Of a DNA stretch of 64,000 nucleotides, positions 47,749 to 59,000 are shown piece by piece. Both the position numbers and the translations under genes were made by a program. The first letter of the stretch is position 1. Every line of letters starts with the position of its first letter. Under the pieces are notes generated by a model. The model was not told where the DNA came from and did no database searches. It was given only the letters and a program-made list of their open reading frames with translations. This DNA comes from Oculina patagonica (taxonomy: Eukaryota), in contig NC_135761.1 in assembly GCF_052425735.1 (NCBI RefSeq), forward strand, positions 43,152,001-43,216,000, read 5' to 3'.

Positions 47749-50700
47749 ATGTGGACTGTATGTGTGTTAGCACAGTTCTCTGTGTTGCTCATTATGTATC
47801 ACGCTCCAGGGATTGTTACTGCAGCCAAGGAACAAATATGCAGCGGTGAAGAACGATCTCAAAGAGGAATGGCACTGTTGAACCACACATACAAGTCTGT
47901 GTACACTGAAGACTATCCCAGCTGCCTCGTGGCGTGCATGCATGACTCACATTGCAAAAGTTTTAACTTCTGGTGGAATGTTTTAAAGTGTGATCTGAAT
48001 AACGAAACCAAATATTCAGCTGTGGCAAAGGTTTTCATCCGAGATACAACTTCCACGTACATGGGGTTGACTAGACAACCAGGTATTTATAACTAAAAAC
48101 ATAAAACAAAATCACGATTAAAAATAAAAAACGTTACTCTGGTTAAAAATTGTTATGAAGTGTTCGCAAAATGTCCGAAAGGGACTAGGGAAAGGGAGGT
48201 GGATAGTGCTCGTCTTTCAAGCGGGAGGTGGATAGTGCTCCCTTTCCCAACCGTGTTTTTGGAAACGATATGTAGATGATGTATGTGCCGCTGTCGAATC
48301 CAACCTGGTGCTAACCTTACAGAATGATTTGAACAATATCGAGCCATCTATCCAATTTACGGTTGAAAGAGAAACACAACGGAAAATATCCTTTCTTGAC
48401 GTCACTGTCTGTCGACAAGACGATGGCCAACTCTCCACTAAAGTCTATCGCAAACCGACACACACAGAAAGATATCTCTCGTTGACTCACAAAAGGGCTG
48501 TGGTCAAGTCTTTCACTGATCGTGAAAACAACTATTCCATCTTCTGCTGATCAACAGTCAAAGGAAATAAAACATGTGACCGCGGCACACAGGGCGAATG
48601 GCTACCCGAAGCGCTTTGTGATTGATGTTAGCAAACCGAAACGACCTTCTCAACAAACGCCTGCAACTGCACCGGATGACAAAAAAGGTCTCTGCATTTT
48701 GCTGTACGTCAAGGGTACTACGGAACCAATCAAACGAATTTTTAGCAATTATAATATCAAAGTTGCTTTAAAACCACACCAAAACCATCGGCAATTTGTT
48801 TCCCAAACCAAAAGATCCAGTTCCAAAAAATCAGACTCGTGGCGCAATTTATTCAATTCCCTGCCAAGTTTGTGACAAAAGCTACATCGGAGAATTGAAA
48901 CGAAAATTTTCCGCCCGACTCAAAGCATCAAAAAGCAGTTGAAAATAAACACTTACACAAGTCAGCTTTAGCGGAACATTGTTTGCATTCTGGTCACACC
49001 ATCTCTTGGGAATCGTCAAAGTTCCTACGTACAACCACAAATTGGCGCAAAAGACGTATTTTGGAGGCTTGAAAAATTAATACTTGCAAGAATCCGCTAA
49101 ACCGCGATGACGGCATACATTTACCGCACGAATTTCTAAATTTAGCCTTAAGGGACAGACATAATTAGCTTTCGATTTGCATATTATATAAGAACGTGCT
49201 TTTTATAAATTCACTTATCACTTTCCCCTGATGTAGCCTTAAGTTTTAGCCGAAACGTTGGTAGTCAGGTACCCAGGAGTCCAAAATGTGACACCCACGG
49301 GCATTTTTGTCTGATTTTTGGCAACATAGCTATTTTTACTAAATCGAGTACGCTGATTTCGAAAATCAATGTTGCCAAGCTTAATTCTTGCGTTAAGATG
49401 ATGTTTTGATGCATTTTTACACTAACAATGCTTTAAATGAATTTCTGGATGTATTATGCTTAAAATAGCTAAAGGAAAGAAAATTCCTTATTAGGACCGC
49501 GAATGCATAAAAACATCATCTTAATGCGAGAATTAAGCTTGGCAACATTTATTTTCGAAATCAGCGTACTCGATTTAGTAAAAATAGCTATGTTGCCAAA
49601 AATCAGACAAAAATGCCCGTGGGTGTCACATTTTGGACTCCTGGGTACCTGACTATGGGACATTTCGTACATTTTACGAACACTTCATAACAATTTTAAC
49701 CAGAGTAACGTTTTTTATTTTTAATCATGAATCAACCACCTGGTTACAGGACCATTTTTAAAAAATAAAACAAAATGTTGCAAACCTTAGATACCATTTC
49801 TTTATTGTCAGTTACTGATAAGACCTTGGTCTTCAGTTTGGACTAAGGACGCTGAAACTGTCTCGGAAAAGGTTGAAATGTAGTACTAAGCATTTATGGG
49901 TTCCTATGTCAATGGGAACGTTGAAGTAAAAAAGATTAATATGTCCTTTAGAGTTAAACTGATCCACAATGTTGTTTTTTTTCTTTTAGAAATAAACAGA
50001 AATGTTTACCGTTCGTGCAGACATGTGCCTCCCTCAAATGGCGATGGAGAATATTCCATTGATCCTACACTGTCAGGCAACCCGTTCACTGTTTACTGTG
50101 ACACGACCACTGATGGAGGTTATTAAAAATAATGCAATAAGGATAAGATAAGTAGTGATTAGCCTGCGCCGCAGACGAAACTAAACCCTTTTTAGCCGGG
50201 ATTAGATTACGTCTGCGACGCAGGCTAGTAATGATCAATTGGTAAATTTAAGAAACGATGAGTTCTTCAAGAATTTAATAAAGCTAAATGTAAATTAATC
50301 CGTTTCCTTGGCTCGTATCAGCTCTTTCACCACTGAAAATCTCATGGAAATGGCTGGTCACATAACCTTGTGACAATGGCGGTCACACATTGGACTTAAT
50401 CAGTGATTTTAAAAGAACAAATCTCAATCGATGAAGCAAATGGTGTGGTCGAATACTCTCCACCTTCCGAAGAATTCTTCCAGATCCATTAACAGCCGTC
50501 CATGGGTTAGGGGATAAATAGTTATATGGAATTCGCAAAGTGGTTAATCTGCCAGTGAACTATGAATAAGGGACTAGCCGCTTCAAAGAATTGCCAAACG
50601 TTCTAAGTACTGAACCTTGGAGGAATGCAGCCCTGCTTTTGCAATATTATTTCTTGACTACCAGAAACTATATTGGCGACATTGAGTCATTTTTTTTATC

Positions 50701-51489
50701 AAATATTAACTGAACACACGTGTGTTATTCAGTAGCAGTCGGAAACATGCATGTCACGATTATCCAAGTTTGTTCTCTCGTAGTTCAGGAGTTTCAAGTT
50801 CCAGTTTTAGTTCGTTTTCGTTTTTTAATTAACGGGTCCAAGTATATTTTGGTTGAAGTTAAAAAAAGATTGCTTTGTTATCGTTAATTTCATATCTGGC
50901 CCTAAATTTTACTTTTTCATACTTAGGTGGCTGGACTGCCATTCACATAATCTCATTCACAGAATCAAATCTCCATTTCCAAAGTACTTCTTACAACATC
51001 CCGCATTACAGAAATCTTTCCAACTACGATGACCACCGTCAATATCTGGTACCACAGGTGCTACTAAGCCTGCGAAATGACATGGGTTTCGACCAAATCA
51101 GATTTTACTGCCACAAGAAGCAAGCCGGGACGGTGGTCCTTGTTATGACCAATATGAACCCTCTGGGGGAGGCAGTGGTGAAGTACTTTATCGACGTCAA
51201 CCTGGGATCAATCCGGCCCCTGACATGTGGCTCATACACATTTCTTCCTGATGATAACTCTACATTGTCTAAAGATTGCAGTAAGTTAGGTTGGAATGGC
51301 ACTCATGTAGATGGCAGGTGGTCAAATATCAATGCTAATCAGGATAAACATCGAATTTTATCCCCTCTGAGACGATATGGTGTGGCCAGCTTTGCATCGA
51401 AAATCAAAACACGTGCTTGTGATGACAGCAGGGGACTGTCAGAGGGCTCACTTTCTCCAGGAGACACATGGAAAATTTTTGTGCGCTGA
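47749..51489 (+). CDS. PAN/apple + fibrinogen-like secreted protein, copy 2; exons 47749-48082, 49990-50118, 50927-51489
   Basis: Signal peptide MWTVCVLAQFSVLLIMYHAPGIVTA; PAN cysteines; YCDTTTDGGGWT; ends WKIFVR. The exon-2 donor is weak (gttatt). Confidence 0.82.
48113..49764 (+). mobile_element. 5'-truncated, frameshifted Penelope-like retroelement (RT C-terminus + GIY-YIG endonuclease) with pLTR and an inverted partial pLTR, in intron 1
   Basis: WKRYVDD, IQFTVERE..ISFLDV..TKVYRKPTHTERYL, ANGYP, GAIYSIPCQVCDKSYIGE, SALAEH, LNRDDG. 48113-48180 is the reverse complement of ~49663-49730. 12-bp TSD ataaaacaaaat (48101-48112, 49765-49776); the paralog intron has an empty site at ~12597-12608. 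Confidence 0.9.
49264..49653. mobile_element. Fold-back MITE with ~150-bp TIRs nested in the Penelope pLTR
   Basis: ta|gtcaggtacccaggagtccaaaatgtgacacccacggg ... cccgtgggtgtcacattttggactcctgggtacctgac|ta. Confidence 0.88.
50160..50227. mobile_element. 68-bp mini-MITE with TAG..CTA ends and an 8-bp TSD (hAT-like)
   Basis: gtagtgat|tagcctgcgccgcagacg ... cgtctgcgacgcaggcta|gtaatgat; absent from the paralogous intron at ~12870. Confidence 0.7.
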
Positions 51490-51599
51490 AATACAATGAC
51501 ACTCAGTAGATCTAGTAAAAGTTGCAAACAAACGTAGTAAAAATTACACTGGTTCTAGAATGAGTCTACGTTGTGGTAGTAAAATGCGTAATAGTGACA

Positions 51600-52402
51600 G
51601 CAGAACCATTAGCAGCAGCAGCAACAACAGTAGTAGTAGTAGTGGTAGTAGTAGTAATAACAGAAGTAGAAGTATCAATAGCAGTAGCACTAGCAGNNNN
51701 NNNNNNNNNNNNNNNNNNNNNNNNNNNNNNNNNNNNNNNNNNNNNNNNNNNNNNNNNNNNNNNNNNNNNNNNNNNNNNNNNNNNNNNNNNNNNNNNNNNN
51801 NNNNNNNNNNNNNNNNNNNNNNNNNNNNNNNNNNNNNNNNNNNNNNNNNNNNNNNNNNNNNNNNNNNNNNNNNNNNNNNNNNNNNNNNNNNNNNNNNNNN
51901 NNNNNNNNNNNNNNNNNNNNNNNNNNNNNNNNNNNNNNNNNNNNNNNNNNNNNNNNNNNNNNNNNNNNNNNNNNNNNNNNNNNNNNNNNNNNNNNNNNNN
52001 NNNNNNNNNNGTAGAAGTAACAGCAGCAGCAGCAAAAGTGGTGGTGGTGGTGGAAGTGATAGTGGTAGTGGTAGTGGTAGGAGTGGCAGTGGCAATAGTA
52101 GTGGCAGTGGCAGTGGCAGTGGCAGTGGCAGTGGCAGTGGTAGTAGTAGTNNNNNNNNNNNNNNNNNNNNNNNNNNNNNNNNNNNNNNNNNNNNNNNNNN
52201 NNNNNNNNNNNNNNNNNNNNNNNNNNNNNNNNNNNNNNNNNNNNNNNNNNNNNNNNNNNNNNNNNNNNNNNNNNNNNNNNNNNNNNNNNNNNNNNNNGTA
52301 GTAGTGTTAGTGGTAGGAGTGGCAGTGGCAGTGATTGTGGTAGTTGTAGTTGTAGTGGTGGTTGTGGTGGTGGTGGTAGTAGTGGTAGTGGTAGTGGCAG
52401 TG
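51600..52402. repeat. (GTA/GTG/GCA)n compound microsatellite containing two assembly gaps (N at 51697-52010 and 52151-52297)
   Basis: Directly visible. Confidence 0.95.
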
Positions 52403-53652
52403 AAATTCTTACATTATTACGCGTGCATCCTGTTTCTCGTTGAAAGAAAACAACAGCGCAAATGAAACAACAGAGTGCGTTAAAAATATTACCTATTCTT
52501 TAACTGTTTTCAACATTTTTATTTGTTGTTGACAAATTTGATTCCATAACCGTATGAAAACACTTAACCACAACGTCAACGTGAGTTAAAAATGTTTTTT
52601 TTTGTCTTTCGAAAGCCCAAAAAATACCTTTTGTGAGACCTTTTGGGCGAAAGGAGGACTGACGGACTGAATTTATGGAGAAAATAGTAATATTTTATGA
52701 TTCTTTCACGTCTGTAATGCTGCTTTTCCAGACTTTATCTGAAAAATACAAATAGAAAACAAACAAACAGATTTTAAGAATTGCAAAAGGAAAGTATTTA
52801 TTGTCCTTGACGTTTCTGGCCTCTAACATTGGCGTGCGAAATTATTAAGTGAAAATGTCGTTCTTTACAACAGATTTGTTAGTAAGCACTTAATGACTGT
52901 CTTCAAGGAAAACAGTGAGTTTTGTTTTCTCGAGACCCTCAATGGTTCCCCAGGCGAAGCCAATGGGAATATCGAGGGTCTTAATACAACTTTCAACAAA
53001 ATTGTCGTTTAATTAGCTGAAGACGACATGAATTTATTCATCATTTTTAGCTATCATCTTGTTCATAATTTGAGTAATTTAAAGCTGAGACGATCCCTGA
53101 ATACCACCAAACATTAAAATTCACCAACTTGGATTCGTTTCAGTAAATAGTTACTTAAGTCGTGACATACAATGTATATACGTAGTGTAGGTCAGTAGAT
53201 GTAGGATAAAAATGATAAATTATACCTAAAAAAATTAGTGCAGAAAATTTTCTTGTAATTGAAATCATACCCGGCAAGCACTCGTGATATATTAACCCAT
53301 AAGTTATCTAGAATAGTTTCCTCAAAATATGTATTACTATTAAAATAACATATATAACACGATATTAAGTTGAGATTTTAAAAGAAAGGCAGATGGAAAA
53401 AGAAAAGAGAATGTAACCTAGAACTACCAGAGAAAGAATAGAAAGGATAAGCAAGAACTGTTTAAGAGGCTCAAAGCACGAAGAAGACCTCAACGAGATA
53501 TTAAGAACACTGACATTGACGTTGAAATTGCAGAAAGTGTGTATTGCAAATAGTTTAAATAGTTTTTCTTTTGTTTTTGATTGTTACTCGCGTACGCCAG
53601 GCCAGATAACATCAACCGCACAATGTAACCATTATGTTTCCTTTGCATTTAA

Positions 53653-54051
53653 GGTGACTCGATCGAAATAAATGAGGTGCTGTATGCCTGTCAAAAATCA
53701 TTAATAACTTCACCATTTCTGACTCGATTTCCCCGAAACTTTCGCATTTTACTCGAAATTTATCGAAGAATAATACGCACGTCAATGTGTTGATGTAATG
53801 ATCGCAAGTTTTGCGCGATGTTAACTTTATTGAACACACCTATTTGGATAAAACTGCTATTTACACAAAACTGACCGTTAAGATTTCGTTTAAACTACTG
53901 CAATTAGCTCATTATAACATCTTATTATGACTCTCTAAGTTTCCGAAAAATCGTCGGAACAGAAACCTCAGGGAAATCGAGTCAGAAATGGTGAAGTTAT
54001 TAGAAATTTTTGACAGGCATACAGCACGTCATTTATTTCGATCGAGTCACC
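53653..54051. mobile_element. MITE with ~80-bp TIRs, TTAA TSD and GG..CC ends (Kolobok-like)
   Basis: ttaa|ggtgactcgatcgaaataaatga ... tcatttatttcgatcgagtcacc|ttaa. Confidence 0.85.
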
Positions 54052-54102
54052 TTAAGTTTGAGTTTGAGTGGACTACTAAGCCCAGTATAAAATTGCTTTT
54101 AT

Positions 54103-55068
54103 TATATATATAGCGAGAATTTTAAGCAATAAACCTTGCAAATAGAATTCTATATTTGCTATATTTCACATGTGAAAAAAGCGATACGTCCAATCAGCTT
54201 CGCGTATAGCTTTCTTCACATGTGAAAAATATAACCAATCAGCATCTAGAGTAGTACGACTCAACCAATCACAGCGCGAGAATTCAAATGGTTTCCAACG
54301 AGGTTGAGAAAGCGAGCGGCAAGTTTGCCCTCGACGGCAGTTTATGCTCTGAAAACAATTGGGTACACGTTTTATTTTTTTTACAAAACTTTGCCTTTTA
54401 AGAAGTTAATGGAAATGCAAGCCAACAGAAACACGCTAAACAAAACCTAAAGAATATAGCAGTGATAAAAATCATTCTTCAAAGGCGAAGTGAAGACAGG
54501 CGAAGGCGAAGTGTCGATAACTGAAAGCGAACTGAAGACAAGACTTTCTTCGGAACTTACAACACATCCGCGGACTTTCTAAGAATATCCAGGCACTCTT
54601 GAGATCGTCTTGGGTATATTGTAGTTTTTAATTGCATTCACGTCGTAATTATTGTTTAATTAACCGACTCCTTGCGTTGTCACAATTTGTTCACAATTCG
54701 CCAGTTGATTCGCCAGTAGTTTATTCGCTTGCGGCGAAGTTTCCTCGATGCGACACGAAGTTTTGCTGTTAATGTAATGTAATGTAATGTAATGTAATGT
54801 AATGTAATGTAATGTAATGTAATGTAATGTAATGTAATGTAATGTAATGTAAATGCAGTGTGTTTATTTAAATAAAGTTCTTGTCTAGGAGAGTTTGTCG
54901 CCAGTAATTTTTCTTTTTTATATTATTGAAATAGCGAATTCGCTTGTAAAGCTTTGTGCATTTGCAGCTTTGTTTTTTCGCGCCGTTATTAACTGTTGTA
55001 GGCTAAAGGTTATGAACTGGAAAAATCGGCCTTAAGTGTTCAATGGTTGAATTCTCGTTATATATATA
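54103..55068. mobile_element. Decayed non-autonomous element in TA-repeat flanks with an internal (TGTAA)n microsatellite (~54770-54851)
   Basis: tatatatagcgagaatt ... aattctcgttatatata inverted ends; about 16 TGTAA units. Confidence 0.55.
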
Positions 55069-56017
55069 CTAGTAATACGTGACTCGCAGGGCCTCGCGAA
55101 GCTCTGGGTTGGGGGGGGGGGGGGGGGGGGGAAAAAAGGAGGGTTTAATTTATTAGTGAGAGAAGCCCGGAGGGGAGAAAGGGGGGGGGGAAAAGGGGCA
55201 TAATAAACAAAGTTTTGCAACTCGTGAATATAAATCCGTACGGCGCACTTTCTATGAAGTAATCTATATTTCTAGCTGTACTTAACCGTGTACATTTCTT
55301 CACCGTGGAAAAAAATCTATTGCTCTGATTTTCACTGATTGCGCAAAGAAAGGTCCACAACGTATTTTGTTAGCAAGGGAAAAAAAGCTTTGCTAAATGA
55401 TTTAAATTTATATCGTCGCAAATTGCTAAAGTAAATGGACATTCCAGTTGAATAAAAGCAAAAATAAAGCAAGAGAATAAGTCCATTTTAACGGTTTCAA
55501 CCTAACATGAAAACAAGTGGGAGCGCGCGCCGCCGCCCGTAGCAGATCGCGCGCACGTACATTTATGGTCCATTTTCAGCCAACAAAAATGCCTGACAGA
55601 ATTACTCTTACGGATTCGCTTTTAAGCGAAGTCGACCATTTGTGAACTTCAAAAACAACAGTTATGGAATCAGCATATAATTAAGGCCTAAAATTTTCCA
55701 TTTTGTTAAGAAAACGTTTTCGTGAAACGAGCACGCGCACAATAAGATATTTCTATTATTATTTAACTGATACATTCCTTCAATTTAATTAATGTGGCAA
55801 GTACATGTGGTTTTTTAGTAGTCTCTTACGCAAAAATCAACTTCCTTTTCTAGGAAAAGCAAGCGTTTCTGGATAAATGTAAATTTTAATTACGCGTCAT
55901 AACGAAATCATTTAACGGTCCTCATTACGTGACGTAACAAAGAAAAAACCACGCGCGCGGAAAAAAATCCGTACAGTGGTGAAACCATTTGAGGATGGTT
56001 AACTTGAATAGTCCGCG

Positions 56018-59000
56018 ATGAATTGTCGGATATTTTTTAGAGTTTTATTGGTTCTGCTAATAGTAGGACGAGTTGATAACCAAGGTAAGGTTGAAAGCTG
56101 GAAAATACATAATTTTTTTTCACCAAATGATCTCGCGCTAACAAATTTTTCGGACTTTTCATTCTGGCTAAATTTTCGTCTCTAAAGCTTTAGCCCAACA
56201 AAAAGACCTTCTTACTTAAGATTAGCCATGTAAAAACACAAAGCTCTCCTGAATTTTCTTAAAATAGGTGTCTTCATATGGTTTTGCTTTTAGCGCTTTG
56301 TTATTTTTTGACCGGTCATCGCTGTGAAACTCAAATCAATATTTGCATCGGTTAATTTCACGCGCTTAAGGTAAAATAACTGCATACTGCCGACCATTTA
56401 CTCTAACCGCAAAAAAATAAACACAACTTATAGTGTTTTTTCGTTTTATCCGTAGATGATTCACGTGTGTTTTACAACAGAGAAAAAGACGTAAGGGAAT
56501 TTAATTTGCCCTTCCAGGTTAGTTTACATTTATTTACGTTTGCAAGCGGTAAGATTAGGTACAATGCCGGCGAAAGGAATAACTGATTGGTTTTCTGAGC
56601 TTATGTTTTCAATAAATGTTTGCTTTTTAACAAAGTTGCTAAACAGTTTACCTGCCTACTCATCACAAACTTTGAACGTTGTAACTTAATAAGTTGCAAT
56701 GCAAAGGTAATGAAATATTGAATTAATTCGAGAACAGCACTTATTTACAAGCTTTTTTCTTGCTGTCTTTAGTTTATACTGGAGGCATTCAAGTCGCATC
56801 ATAGTTCAGTTTTAATAAAGGCATTTGTCGGTTTATTAATTTATTCAAAAAATATTCATTTAATACTTTTGTATTTGGAGCTTAACAAAAGGAAAACTTA
56901 TCCCTCCCCACTCCAGGTTTGTTTTCAGAGCTGATTCCCTTACATTTGCAATAAAAACTGCCACTGCTTATTGTTATCAGAGGTCGATAATAATTTTGCG
57001 ATAACGCAAAACCTATTCAGTTATGAACACAAGGAGAAAAAAATTTAACATTCCGAATTATTCTGTTTCATCGTTTTATGTTTCAGCATGAAGTTATTCA
57101 ATTTACCGCAGCGTTCACTATCAACACTGCAAAGGAATTGATGACGTTAATTTACTCGGAGGTAAATACGGACAATACGCATACAGCTAAGACATGGTTG
57201 CAATCAAATAGCAAAATACTTCTTACGGAGAGCGCCGCAAATTTAAAGCATTAACAAACCAGCTGATAGGAAACTTTGCTGATTGCGATAAAGACAATTT
57301 CGAGAAACACAAAAAAGGCAACTATAGCGAAATTGAGTGGAAGAAAAAAAAATAATTGTAATCTTGAGAGATATTCACCCGAATTCCTGTACAGCGTTTT
57401 TATATATCGACAAAAAAGTAAAAAAACATGACTAAAGGTAGATTTCCACTGATGCGTAATTTTTTTACTTGCGTTTACGTGCGTGAAAAAGAGACAATGT
57501 ATGAGCGACTTGCGTACACGTTTACGAAAGTCGTTCATAACTTGCCTCTAAATTTTTTCACGCATGTAAACGCACGTAAAAAATAAAACGTTTCGCAATC
57601 CTGAAGGAGAGATTTTATAAGATAGGATATTTTTCTTAGTGTTGCAAAAACTATTGCGGATTAGAAATGGAACATCGTTCTCATCATCAAGAAATTGCCG
57701 AAAAACGAAAAGCTCGATTCTACTGATGCCAGGATACTCTGCCAGAAAATTTGATGAATTGTTTACTTTTCTTTTTGTTATAACCCCCTCTTGGAAATTG
57801 TGACACTTTTATTTTAATCTATGAAAATTGCACTTGAGATGTTGCGATGTACTTTATTCTTGATTTTTTTCCTGCTACATGTAAAATAAACCGATTCCTT
57901 TTGTTTTATTCTGGTAAAAAATGTAAACTGTAAGTGCGTGCTTTTTTCTAGCTGAAAGGACTTTCCTTGGCGACACTGCTTACTGCCATTCCATTTGGAT
58001 ATCTTTTGGTATGTAAAAATAAAAGTATAAATTAAGTGAATTTATTATTTCGGTTCACCGAAAATAATTTTTATGTCAACCTTTTAAAAAGAAATACCTT
58101 TTCATTTTCCAGGGATGGCTGTTTTTAAAAGCGTTAGGGTGTAAAGGTGGGTATTTTATCTTTTGACTCACTTTGTTTAACAGACAACGATTATTGCACT
58201 TGTTGCTTTCTGATTGGTTCGTAATCAGTCCCGGTATTTTATGAATAGGTCAACAGATATGCGCTGTGCCTATTATTTTTTATTTTTTTTATTTTGTGTG
58301 TTACACTCAGAAACTTCTTTTTTGATTTTCGGATATCATGCTTGATGCTCAGTGTCACCACTTAAACATCAGGGCCGGGTTGTTCGAAGGTCGATTTACA
58401 CTAACCCAGAATTAAAAGTTGAATCTAGATTCATTTTCTCCTGTACAAAAGTGCTTTTATTTCTTATGAATAACAGACGTCACAATTGGAGGGAAAATTT
58501 GGGAGAAATGATATCATAGTTGCGAGAACGCTCGCTTCCCACCGATGTGGTCCGGGTTCGACTCCCTGTCCCGGCTTCATATTTGGGTTGAGTTTGTTGT
58601 TGGTTCTCGTTCTTGCTCCGAGGGTTTTTTCCGGGTTCTGCGGTTTTCCTCCCTCCACAAAAACCAACACTTCTAAATTCCAATTCGATCGGGGATTTAG
58701 GGCCGGCGGGCCGGCCACAATGACAACTACTGGGAAACCAGTAATTGTGTTACAATACAAAAACTCGTTTTTATAGTCGGATAATATAAACAGAAAACCC
58801 CAGTAAAAAAAAGTAAAATCACATTAACGCTTGTCCTAGATTAGCTTAATCGTACTTTGAACGACCCGGTCTATTAGAGGTTTTGCATCTTTTTCGTTTG
58901 CTTTTTGTTGTTAGACAAGGAAAAGGAACGACTTTTATTGACAGTGACAAAGTATCAGAAGTTGTGCATGAAATTGGAGGTAATATTTGCTCATTTATGT

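Noticed and set aside
51544-52465. Poly-S/V/L ORFs of 183-301 aa
   Set aside because: Microsatellite plus N gaps, not coding.
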